A DNA stretch of 63,738 nucleotides, filler included, from Pelomyxa schiedti (lineage: Eukaryota; Protista; Evosea): the NCBI GenBank assembly GCA_020536535.1. It is 6 parts of 6 records of this genome, joined end to end, with 100 filler letters (N's around TTAATTAATTAA, not from the genome) between each part and the next. Parts side by side here need not be neighbours in the genome. Positions count along the whole stretch, not along the records: positions 33,750 to 55,448 come from JAHLWZ010000063.1; 5 more parts are not named here. One strand, 5' to 3'. This document shows positions 34,348 through 46,000 of this stretch, piece after piece. Positions within the stretch are counted from its first letter, which is position 1; every line of letters begins with the position of its first letter. Below the pieces are notes generated by a model. The model saw only the letters and a program-made list of their open reading frames with translations. It did no database searches and was not told the DNA's origin. Both the position numbers and the translations under genes were made by a program.

Positions 34348-37300
34348 TTACACACCAAGGAACACAAGGATGTACACTATGAAAAGAAAAATGAATGCAG
34401 CGATGGCCATTTTGTGCCTGAACCACGTGAGGTCATACGTGGGGTAATTCCGTCGTAGAATCTGTTGTGAGGTGCTCCCAAGACGCAGGAGCACCACGAA
34501 CCTGTCATACCAAATAATCAACCCCACAATTGTCACAAGTATTCCAAGACCCTGTGTTTGTGATCAGTTTATTGTTGTGTTTTTATTCTGTAGAGTGTGC
34601 TGAACTTGGTGGTGTGGAGTGGAGGAAGAAATAAGAGCAAACCAGGGAGTTCCGGTTGTCAGGTTCCTTCAGTTTGTATTTGCTGAACAGGAACGTTGAG
34701 GCCATCATCACAGTGGAAGCCACAGCCAGGAAAATCGGGTTCGGATGTGTCTGCTCATTTGGAGTGTGAGTAGTTGTGGCTTTTGTTTCGTTTGGCATGT
34801 ACAATTGATCGGAAGAAGCAAATCCACTCGGATGGAAAAGGTATTGTTCCCACAATCAGAATGGAAATTGGGAACCAGTACCACATGTTCTTCTGCCAGA
34901 ATTCTGTGAATTGGATGATTTAGGCTTGAAGAAAAAAGAACAACCTTGGTTCCAAGTGAAAACACATAAAGAATAAATGACACTATCATTGAAAACTGTT
35001 GCGTTTGTTAGTGATTCACAGTGTGTCCAACCTTCTGAGGAAAGGGGTTTTTTTTTACCATGACAGATGTTCCAAAGTAGTTTTGTTCCGCCGGCCAGAG
35101 TGCGCAGTTGTTGTCAGTCTCCTTGCGTGGAATGCTCAGGCACTTTCCAAGTAAAAGGATAGTCACAATAACTCCAACAACTCCAAGTGAATTCCTCACA
35201 GAGGCCAACACTTTGGAGTCATAACTGTATTCCATTATGGCACTCTGTTTGATGAAGAATCCCAACCACTGGAATTTACCTAGGTCACAAATGGAAAGTG
35301 CATGGAAGTGTGCGAGACAGACCTTGTGGTGCCAAAAATAACACCACCAGCAACGTGCCACATCTCTTGGAGACCACCTTGTGCTTTAGTGAGAATTTCC
35401 TTTGGGAGAGACATGAGGAAGAGAAGAGATGAACCATTTATCATGAATCAATGGATTGTATGTTGGGACATCACCTTGTTCAGGCAGAGGAACACGCCCT
35501 TTTTTCCTCATCACCCAAAGGAACTTCACCTTGGAGTTTCTGCAAAACTTTTCAGGTGGTGTTGTTGACCATGTTTTCAGTGCCTCCATTTCAGAGGTTC
35601 TAAATCTTGTTGCCTTTTTCCACTCTTTTTTCCCCTCTTGAGGAATGTTGTTATCCTGATATTCCATTGTGTTCTTCACTGCATTGCGAATTGTTTCTCT
35701 GTGATTGAGATGAGGAGAAAATAGCAAATGATTTGAGAGGAACCAACTTGATGTGGGGAATCCAAACAGAATCATCAGCTGACAATTGCCTGCGCCAGAC
35801 TGTGCAAACTTGACTGCACGAGAGGCAATCCTTCCCACACAAAAGGGTGATCCCACAATGCTGTTTAAAAAGTTGTTGAGATGATGTGCGTGGAAGGAGG
35901 ATGCGAGAACACACTGTTGTGAAAGCACACACAAGTCTGAGAGCCAGTGCACTCGTTTGAAGGTTCGCACAATTCAGAGGATCTTCGTTGGTGCACACTT
36001 CAATTGAATGTTTAAAACTTTGAAACGGCCTGGATTGCTGGGATGGTTGTTGACAGGCTGGCACTTCTTCTTCTTGTTGTTGTTTATCGAGTGATATTGA
36101 TTGTTTTGTGAGTTCTAGTTGAAGTTTTATCTTGTCCTCCAATTCCTCTCCACTTGCTGGAATCGTGACAAGCTCATCCAAACACACTGAAGTTGTGTTC
36201 TGCTGTGGGANNNNNNNNNNNNNNNNNNNNNNNNNNNNNNNNNNNNNNNNNNNNNNNNNNNNNNNNNNNNNNNNNNNNNNNNNNNNNNNNNNNNNNNNNN
36301 NNNNNNNNNNAGTGATATTGATTGTTTTGTGAGTTCTAGTTGAAGTTTTATCTTGTCCTCCAATTCCTCTCCACTTGCTGGAATCGTGACAAGCTCATCC
36401 AAACACACTGAAGTTGTGTTCTGCTGTGGGAATGCCAGGAATTGTTTGGAAACAGTTATTATGAGGAACAGTAAGACTTGTTGTTGCTTGGAATACTTGC
36501 CTGGCTTGTGAAATTGTTATGGCATCCTTCAAGAAAGACAAAAATGTCATGGTGGCCATTGCTCTCAGCAATCTCACTTGGGGTGTCACCACAGAAATCA
36601 CGGAGGGTCGGGTTTGCATTGCCTGCGTCATTGGTTGTTAAGAGGGAAAAAAGACAACAGAGAGAAGACAATACAGTTTTGAACAAGCACTTTCACAACA
36701 AAGAGATGGCCCCGAAACGCAGCCCGTGCAAGAGGTGTCTGCCAGAAATTATCACGGAGATTGACATCGGCATGATACTGTTTGACAAGTATGTATGCAA
36801 GGTATGCGTGTCCTCTGTGTGGATGAACCGGGGTTAAAACTTTTTTTGTGGTGAAAAAACGCAGAAGAATGTGCATACAAAGCACATGCAAGGTGCAATG
36901 GTGACATGCCACTGCCCTCCTCTGTAACGTTTACATCACAGTGGCACTCGTCAATCAAGTATCTTGTGGTCTTCACGTATCCTCTCTTGCATGCAATGTG
37001 CAAAGGGTACAAACCTGTGAGGTTGCTGAGGGATGAAAAAAGAAAAAAAAACAAGCAGGAAACTGAAGGATTCCATAGCAAAAGCAAGAAGAATATCCAG
37101 GTACACACCATCGAGGTAGGGGCGTGTGACCCAAGTGGGGTCATCCTCAGTCATAATCCTCGGTATCGCGTCGGTGTATTCCAGGAAGCACTCACTGCTA
37201 ACCTTGGCCAACGCAGCCCTGAGGCTGTTGCGAATCGCCTTGACCCGGTCCGCAGCCACCACCGCCACCTCTGGCTTTGTTTCAGCCATTCCTCTGGGCT

Positions 37301-37862
37301 CCAAATGCACCGGTGATTCCGAACTCGACCGCGATTCCGACGACGAGCGACCCGCTCCCCCAGCCCCAGCCCCAGGCCCCCTCCTCGCCCTCGCCCTGGA
37401 TCTCCATCCTCTTCCCGTTGCTGTCGAAGTTGTACATGTCGCTGTTGTTGTTGTTGTGGTGGTTGTGGTGCTTGTGGTCGGGGACGGGGTTGGCGATGGT
37501 GATGGCGACGGGGATGGAGATCGGGATGAAGGTGGCGAAGCAGAGGGGGACGAAGACGGGGATGGGGATGGGGACGAGGATGAGGCTGAAGAAGGCGGGG
37601 AGATGGAGACTACAGCGGTGGCGGTCGAGGGGGGAGCCAACGGCGACGGATCCACGTCGCCGTCGGAATCGGAACAATGGGCGTGGTGGTCGTGGTGGTC
37701 GTGATCATGGCCATGATCGCCAGGCTGGTGGTGGAACGCAGACGTTGTTGCTTGAGGAGGAGCTAGCGGCGGTTGGTGGTGTCCCAGCTCAACGTCATTG
37801 ACTTGGTCATGGCGCCACCACCCGCCGCCCCTGGTCGACCTTGTGGAAATCGTCGATGTCAT
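34348..37862 (-). CDS. Ankyrin-repeat protein with C-terminal multi-pass transmembrane region, multi-exon
   Basis: ANK: 'LYPLHIACKRGYVKTTRYLI', 'GMSPLHLAC', 'QTPLARAAFRGHLFVVKVL', 'GDTPSEIAESNGH'. Several hydrophobic segments at 34348-35250. Internal gap duplication at 36211. Confidence 0.72.
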
Positions 37863-38252
37863 TTGTCACACCTCAACGGAAAGTGAATCAAAAACTGTGT
37901 GTTGGCAGAAAAATCACCCCTTGGTGTCCCAGTGGCCCAGTCTTGTATAGTATTTTTCCCGATGAGCACTTCAAGCCAACAGAGGACCCAGACCGTTAAC
38001 TTGTGTATGCAGTTGTCTTCATCATATCTGTTTTGTTTTTTTTTTGACGTGGTAGTAGTGCAACTCACACCAAACTCAGTACCGGCAAAGCCTGGGAACT
38101 GCTCTCGCCATTAAGAAGAAGTTCCCCACACTGGCGTTCTGCTTGTGGTGGCTGGACAACCATAAAGTTACCAAGTACTTGCTAACACTCAAGAACCTGC
38201 AGGAATGAGAAAAAATTCATTTTTTTTTTTTTTTGAAGGGAACTGTTTAGAG

Positions 38253-39894
38253 TCAAGAGAGTAGAGGGAGAGTGTACTGAACAAACACATCCTCGTCGTG
38301 GAGCCAGTCGGCGTGCTGCATGCGGTTGAGTGTGATTCTGTGAAGCCGGTCTGTCTGGTCCAGTGTCCGCAGGCCGAAGGTATCCCCTGTGTAGAATGCC
38401 TGCTGTGACATGTCCACTCGGTTGTACTCCTCGTCGTAGTAGTCGAATAGCTCCGCATACCACGGCGTGATGAACAGGTCTGCGTGGAGTGAGTGAGCGA
38501 TATAGTGTTAATTATTCTCATAATTGTGAAGCTGGTGCGTTGGTGTGTTGCAGCATTTTTTAGTTAAAATGAAAAGAAAATAAATTTTAGGCTAGATAGG
38601 AGGGTGGACCACCTTCGGGTGAGGCGAAAAGGGTGATGTTACCGACTTGTAAGAAGTGGGATTTATACACTAGGATGCCGTTAGAATGCGGTTTGGCAAT
38701 GAAGAAGGAGTTTTCAACTATCAGACGAGTCGGATTCTACAAGATTATCTAGTACTGGAAGAAAGGAGTTCCCTTCAAGGAACATGTCGTAATATGGGGA
38801 CCTCCAGAAATTGGCAACACTGTCGACGTTTTATGCCATTAGCACCGAGAAGAGGACATCAAACCTCCATGTATTTTGCATGATATCAGTGTAAAGAATC
38901 TCAGTTAAGAATTCCGCAGTAACATTTTCTATCCACCACTTTGGTGGTACATCAGGGATGCCGTAGCTGTATTGTAAGTTTAACTCAAGTTCATTTTGCG
39001 TCATTTGCATACTATCCTCCCTGAATCACCATCAGTAATAATTACGACCCGGAAATTGGATAAACCTGGACCCCAGCGTAGCTCACATACTGATCCACGT
39101 GGTGATCCATTTGTTCCAACAAGCAGCGCATAATCAAACCTCCTAGAGACTGTGAAATAAAATTAATCTCAATTCAGGTGACCTTGAGAATGCCCAATCC
39201 AGTGATACCCCTCAGCAAAAGATTCATTTCCATCAACGATAGAGGAAATTAAATCGGCTATCTCACCAAGCTGAACCCACAAGGGCTATAAGACAACAAG
39301 TTAACAAAAGGTCTACCACTCAGTCTGTTAGAACTAACCTTATTCGATTCCAGAGAGTTGTTGATATCCAGGGGAACCGTAATCTGTCCTGGTTATTTGT
39401 AAAAAAAACTGGAATGGGCATTTTTCCATCGATTGTATCGTTTCACCAATTAAAAAAAATTCAACAATGTAAAAAAGATCCACACTGACCAGGGTGGTAA
39501 GTTGCCAACCACTTCACGTGATCGTCCCAGTCGTGGTATGTTCCCGACGTCGACGAGAACCCGATCCCGTGCATCATCAACACTGGNNNNNNNNNNNNNN
39601 NNNNNNNNNNNNNNNNNNNNNNNNNNNNNNNNNNNNNNNNNNNNNNNNNNNNNNNNNNNNNNNNNNNNNNNNNNNNNNNNNNNNNNAATGTAAAAAAGAT
39701 CCACACTGACCAGGGTGGTAAGTTGCCAACCACTTCACGTGATCGTCCCAGTCGTGGTATGTTCCCGACGTCGACGAGAACCCGATCCCGTGCATCATCA
39801 ACACTGGTTTATACCCCCAACACCGTCCTCCCATAATCCCTAATGTTACTACAATCGTTACCACTGCCACCGCGTTCGCTCTCATTGAACCCAT
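38253..39894 (-). CDS. Palmitoyl-protein thioesterase (PPT1/PPT2 family), secreted/lysosomal, multi-exon
   Basis: Signal peptide, then 'YKPVLMMHGI', nucleophile 'IGHSQ-GGLIMR', 'ITPW..ELFDYY', 'FYTGDTFGLRTLD', 'HADW..VFVQYTLPLLS*'. Confidence 0.9.
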
Positions 39895-40032
39895 TCGCCT
39901 CGTGACCGTTGGGGGGAAAAAATCAACGAGATCTCCTCTTGATCACATCAATGTGGCGGACCCTCACAACAAGCGCATTCCATTATGCGTACGTTGCACA
40001 TAACAGGAACAAGAAAGAAAGAAAAATGATTG

Positions 40033-41250
40033 TCAAATGAAGGCAGCAGCACTAACACGAAGAGTGCCATAACGAAATGACAGTGTGGCAATGATGCGTG
40101 TTGATGATGAAGCATACACCTCGACGCAGCTCTCTTGCTCAGAAATTTGACGTTTGTGGAAGATGAACTCGGGGAATTGCACCACCCTCTGATCTGAATC
40201 ACGCCTGGCACTGATGACTCTCACTGGTGCAGAGGTGTTGTTGCAGTCCCAGATTCCAGAAGAGCCATCAATCTTTGTGATGCAAAACAGGGAGGAACTC
40301 AGCTGTGACAGGGTCTGCACTTGACTGGAAATTTTGGAAATCTCACCCACAGTCTCCACAACTTCATGAACTGTCCTGCCTCTGAGATCTTCCACTACAA
40401 AGAAGGACCGCTCTCCAGTAGATTTCTTCATGAAAATGAAGTACTCAATATCGCCTTGGATTTGAAGACACTTGGTGGAGCTCAACACAGCCAGCTTCTT
40501 TGTTCTGTATGTTGTCTCAACGTCAATCACCACAAGGCAGTTGAATTTCCTATCTGGTTGACACACAAACAACACTGCTTCATCAGGAATCCCTATGCTG
40601 AATGAAACTCCACACCACCTTAGGTTTTCCTCTTGAATTGAGGAAATATCAATTCCAACCTTGTCAAAGCTCGTGGTGCTGATTCCACAACCGGCACCCA
40701 TAATCAGGCGCACGATGGTCATTTTGCCAGGTTTCTCACAGTGCACCCACCACTTTTTGTTTCCGCTGCGTGCACTCAGCAGACCAGTTCGCCAACTAGT
40801 CGTAAGCAATAGTTGATTCTGCTGAGTAACAACGTCAACCAGTGAGAAGTCGAATGTGTCTTCTGTTTCCTGTGGGACAATGACGAGGGATGGGCTTATG
40901 GGAATTGGCATGCCAAGCACAACTGGGCTCCAGGGCCAGTGGTTGTGCAACTTGAACTCCCTTGTGACTCCCATAAGTGCACACGACACTCCGAATGTGA
41001 AGTAGCACAAACAGCTACTGAGCCGAACTTGTCTCGACAGCGCAACTGAAACAGCAAATACAACTTCCGAGTCGTGGAGGCACCAGTCCCACAATGGTGC
41101 CGTTGCTAGGGGAGGCAGGGACACGAAGTGGCGCGCGGGGCTCGACACACCACACCGATTGTGGGACGCCATGACGAGGGCATGGAGTTGTTGTCGTGCA
41201 CGGAGCGACACCTTCACCTCTGATATCGAAGGGTTTGTTCGGCCGATCAT
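40033..41250 (-). CDS. Intronless 'H.RCG..SP-box' family protein (copy 6)
   Basis: 'ARQQLHALVMASHNRCGVSSPARHFVSLPPLATAPLWDWCLHDSEVVF' ... 'TFGVSCALMGVTR' ... 'PDEA' ... 'SQLSSSLFCI..IWDCNNTSAPVR'. Confidence 0.8.
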   Translation of the reverse strand: MIGRTNPSISEVKVSLRARQQLHALVMASHNRCGVSSPARHFVSLPPLATAPLWDWCLHDSEVVFAVSVALSRQVRLSSCLCYFTFGVSCALMGVTREFKLHNHWPWSPVVLGMPIPISPSLVIVPQETEDTFDFSLVDVVTQQNQLLLTTSWRTGLLSARSGNKKWWVHCEKPGKMTIVRLIMGAGCGISTTSFDKVGIDISSIQEENLRWCGVSFSIGIPDEAVLFVCQPDRKFNCLVVIDVETTYRTKKLAVLSSTKCLQIQGDIEYFIFMKKSTGERSFFVVEDLRGRTVHEVVETVGEISKISSQVQTLSQLSSSLFCITKIDGSSGIWDCNNTSAPVRVISARRDSDQRVVQFPEFIFHKRQISEQESCVEVYASSSTRIIATLSFRYGTLRVSAAAFI

Positions 41251-41405
41251 TCGCCTAATTCAGATCCTGACACTTTTCCTTTTTAAGCAAATTTGTGGGA
41301 AATGGCAACCGGTGCCCCACCCAGCGACGACTCCGCGCGTTCGAGGGGCTCGATCGCCGCCAACAACAACAACCACGGACGCCGCCGCGGCGGCACGTCG
41401 GCAGG

Positions 41406-42763
41406 ATGGTCGCCGTCGCGGCACCCCCGACTACATCGACTGCAACCACAGCATCAACAGCAGAAACAAAGCTAACGGCCACACCTCCTCCTCCTCCTCC
41501 CAGGACGAGGCCGTGGACTACGGCGAGGGACCAAGTTGGGGCGCTGGCCCTCGGGGCGCACCCTCGCTGCGGGGCGATGTGCCCACTTGCGCTTATTACG
41601 GCGGCTGCGACGAATTATGGGAGTGCGGCGGCCGCCGCGGGTGGCGGCGGCGATGGGACCCTGGCTCTGAGGCTGCTGTGGGAGTGGCTGATTGACAACT
41701 CAAGGCTATACTGCGTGAGGGTGGGAACTGGAGGGGGGGGCCTTATGTTGTCATCACGTTCGGTGTGTCCTTGGTTCTGCTGACACTCACGCATGGCGCG
41801 ATGTGGTGGGCTGAGCGGGGTGCCGAGGGGATACTGTGCTCAAGCCGGGACTACTTGGTGAAGCACAGGTATCAGGTGAGTGGGTTCCTGCAGGACAGGG
41901 TAACTGGCCAGAGGATCCAGTTGCTGGATGAGGCCTATTTTGATCGTTCCAGTACCACCTTTGCCACAACTGGGAAGTGGCTTGTGTTTTGGGACCAAAC
42001 TGCAAGGGAGATGATTGTTGTTGAGATACCAAAGAAGAACAGTGCTGGTCCAACTGCATTCAAGGCTCCAACAGTGGTGTCAATGGGTGCCACTGTCAGT
42101 AGGAAGTTGACTCACTGTCTACCTCAGTTTTCCAGTTTCGACGAAGACCTGCTTTTACTATTGTTCTTTTCTCCTTACAACTTGTGTGAGATTATATTGG
42201 TGGACCTTGTGCGAACGTGTTCATCCAAGACATTGGCGGTTCTGAGTTCCACTGTTCCAAGACTGGAGGACTTGCACATCCCAAATTATCAGGATTTGGT
42301 CAGGCTTTATTTTGTTGTCACACAAGAGAGTGGTGCTCGTGCATTTATCACTGAGGGTTATGTTTCCGATGCATCCGAGATCATTGCCATTGAGGAGGGA
42401 ACTGGCAAGTTGAAAAGGCCATGTCAAACACTTGGAGCACGTGCTCCTCTGTCATGGTGTCGTTCACAACAGCTGAACAAATCACAATTCTGTGCTTTTG
42501 GATCAGAAAGTGAGTATGAAGTGTGGGATGTCGATGACTCCACCAAACCAGTGAGGACACAGAAATTCCGTGGTGCCTTCCCCAAATTGGGTTTTGTTGA
42601 AGGTGGTCTGCTGTTCCAACCAGGTGAAGGTGAATCCACAAAGGAGATACAGGTCACTGAAGAATGCACCGGTGCCCACATTGTCACATTCAGGTTGTTC
42701 AGGCCCCTCGGTTGCTTCGGTGCTCACTCTTCTTTTGCTATCTCCGGCACTACAAGAATTTGA
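41406..42763 (+). CDS. Intronless 'HPRCG-box' family gene (copy 7) with a frameshift in a G8 tract
   Basis: 'ARDQVGALALGAHPRCGAMCP..LRLLWEWLI' in one frame. After G8 (41733-41740), 'PYVVITFGVSLVLLTLT' ... 'QLNKSQFCAF..YEVWDV..KPVR' ... 'GGLLF' continues in another frame. Confidence 0.75.
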
Positions 42764-43054
42764 TCTTTTCGTGTTCGGAAATTCATTTGCAGCGAAAAGT
42801 GGGCAGACGATCATTAATCACCGTACCAGAAAAGTCAAAACAAAAGACACGCAGCGTTGGGCTCCGTCTGCGCCACGATTTCCGGTAAGTCTTTCTGTTT
42901 GGTGTTTCTTTCCAAAATGATTTTATTTATTATGGCGGGCCGGGTGACACTCACCACCAACTTGTTCCCCTTTTTTCGTAGGCGACAGGAGGAAATCCGA
43001 ACTGAACACAACACACAAACAACGAAAACAAAGCTCAACACCCACCAACCCACA

Positions 43055-46000
43055 ATGTCGTTGTCTTCCCTCTCCTCCATCTCTACGCCCTCCACGGCTA
43101 CACTACCAGCACCACCAGCAGCAGCAGTAACCACCACCACGATCACCACCACCACAACATTGCAACCCCACGACGCCGCGGCGTGCGACGCCGACGCGGA
43201 CACGGGCAGCGACAGCGGCCGCGACTCGCCACTGTCGCCAATCCCGGCGTCGACGCCAACCCCAACCCCCACGACGGGCACCACGCCAAACGCGGCCAGG
43301 AGGCCTGCTCCCCATCACCCCGGCCAACACCCCGCAACCCCCGCCGCCCCCGACCCCCCGGGCCAAATGGGTGCCGGCGTGCCAGCTTCGCCATCGCCTT
43401 CGCACACGCACTCGCCGTCGCAGTCGCTGGCGCAGTCTCTGTCAGTTTCTCCCAGCTCATCCACCACACTGTCGATCATGATGGGCGGCGGCGGCGCTGC
43501 TGCTGCTGCTCATGGTGGTGGTGGCGGCGGTAATGGCCACGGCCACGGCCACGGCCACGCGAGCGAACTGGGCAAAGAGCTGTCGGTGCCGCCTGTGACC
43601 GCGACGCCGCCGACGCCGCCTGCCCCACCCACTCCCTCGCCGTCGCTGTCCCCTCTGTTTCCTCAGCCGCAATATGTTGCTCATGTGCATAAGCTGAGAA
43701 GCAAGACACCGACTAGGGTCGGGGCCGCGAGGATTGTGCTGGCGGCCCTGGCCAAGTTGTTCGCACTGGAGAGGGAGAGGTCCGCTCCGGCTCCGCCGAA
43801 ACCCAACAACCGCATCGATGGAATCGTTGAAGAACCTTCTCCAAGTCCACTTTCTGTGCACACACATTTGAGGTCGACGCAGAAATCCGCTTCTTCACAG
43901 GAGTTGTCGTCTTCCCATAAGAATAGCAGGTCATCGAGAAGCGCGGCCTCATCACATTCCCATCGCACTCATTCCCACTCGCCATCCCCGAAGTCTGAGC
44001 AACTCTTGGATGGAAGCGCGGCACCCCCACTCCCAAGCACGGCGGTGCCTCCTGCTACCAATTCTACTTTTTGTACACCCCATTCCCATTCTCACACCCA
44101 CCACCACATCACCTTAAAACCACTTAACAATACTGTAAATACAACCCCTGAAACACTGCCTCCTCCATCCTCACCTTTTCCGACTGATAAGACCCCATCA
44201 CCTGTAGTTTTAGAGCCACTTTCTCCGGAAGGTAATTCCTCTTTACAGTAATTCCACCCACAATGTAATTCTTGCTAGTATTTTGCACAATAGAACAATG
44301 GGAAAAACGATTACTGAAAAAGGTCAAGCACCATCTCAAAAAAAAGTATTCTAAACCTATTAAACCTTACCATCTTATTCCATGAAGCACTGAAGACACG
44401 ATCATTTCGGAAAAGGAGCACTCTGAATTAATTGACGAATTCGTTTCTTCCCTCGGCTCACTTTGTCCCAAATCAAAGTCATCTGAGGTAGTAAGTGAGG
44501 CACAGTCTACTGATATTCAAGAACCCAGTCCAACTGGGATATCTCCCCCACCCAAGTGCGACTCTGATAAAAATATTGCCAGCCGGCTTGCTTGTGAAAT
44601 TCTTATAAAATTTCTCAAGTACCTGACAGAATCTCTCTTTCCATCCTACATGTTTCATGCTCTTTCCTCTCTTCCAAATTGTGTGTACTTCAACTTGAGT
44701 CTCTTTTGTTCATATAGTTTTAGCCAATCACAACCGAGAAGAAATTGGTGCTCTGAGAATAATGATCAATTCTCTTTCCACTTGCAATTCCAAACTTGTT
44801 ACTGAATTACCTTCATTTTTGGCATCATTTCCTACTGGTCACCCTCTAGCGTATTGCCTTTGGTCATCCTTTGAAAGTGTATGTAGGGAGCGCAAGAAAT
44901 CTTCATTTTAATAGCCAAAGGTACTGATATGGGCACCAGAGTCCCGCATTGGCAGTGCTGAGGAGATGAAAAGAGTAAGGAACTTGAAATTGGATGAATG
45001 GTTATGCACCACATTAGTCAGTAACATTGATAAAATACAATCGGTCTGAATCCTTACTTGAATACTGCTGGAAGTTAACCTCAGTAGGAAAAACCATCGA
45101 AATTGCACTGTAAGCCTGAAAAAGGAATTCTCAAAGCATCTCTCTTGAGTGAGTGCATAGGTGTTGGATCAGAGACTATTCCTAAAGTAATTCTTCAGGT
45201 GAAATAAATTTAATGCCTCACAGAATAGTATTGTTATTGCACACGATATAGACTGCCAGAACCACACATACTTAATTGGAGGACAAGATATCCCTCACCT
45301 ATGGATAGATTGTACCAACATAGGCCTATTATTTCCTGATGGTCCGGTAAGTACAGGCCGTTTAACGACTGATTAATCATAATCAGGTATATATATACTC
45401 TCCAAGCCCTTCCCCTTCCCCTCCAACATCTCCTTCACCGACTCGACGAGGATTTCAGCCTAATTCCGGCAACGATATGGGTGGTTCTGTCTCAGGCTCT
45501 ACATATGGGTCATGTTCATCATCAAATAGCAGTGGAAGCTTTGGCGGAAGCAGCAGTGGTGGCAGTATAGGGAGTATTGGTGGGAGTAGCAGTAGCAGTG
45601 GAGTGGTGAGTGCCGAGCTGCTCCTGGGTTCCAAAAAGGCACCTACACTTATACCACCTCCAAACGGGAACACAGTTTCATCTGCCACAGCTCTACTTTC
45701 ACCTGCTAAACCAAACAACTCTCATTTTCCGACTCTTCCTGTACTACCACCAACCCAATTTTCACATCGTGCTGGTACCAGACACGGTTCACTACGGGCT
45801 CCTCCACCTTCATCAATTCCACCCCCAGCAGCATTCCCTCCACCTCCGTCTTTTCCAACTGCTTCTCCACACATTGCAACACCTCCATCTCTGGATTCCA
45901 CAACAGCTCGGGTGCAAGCTGTTCCAGGTACACCAGCTCTTACTCCACCACCAACACGCTCAGCGTTGACTTTATTGATGGCACAATCTATTAATCCCCC

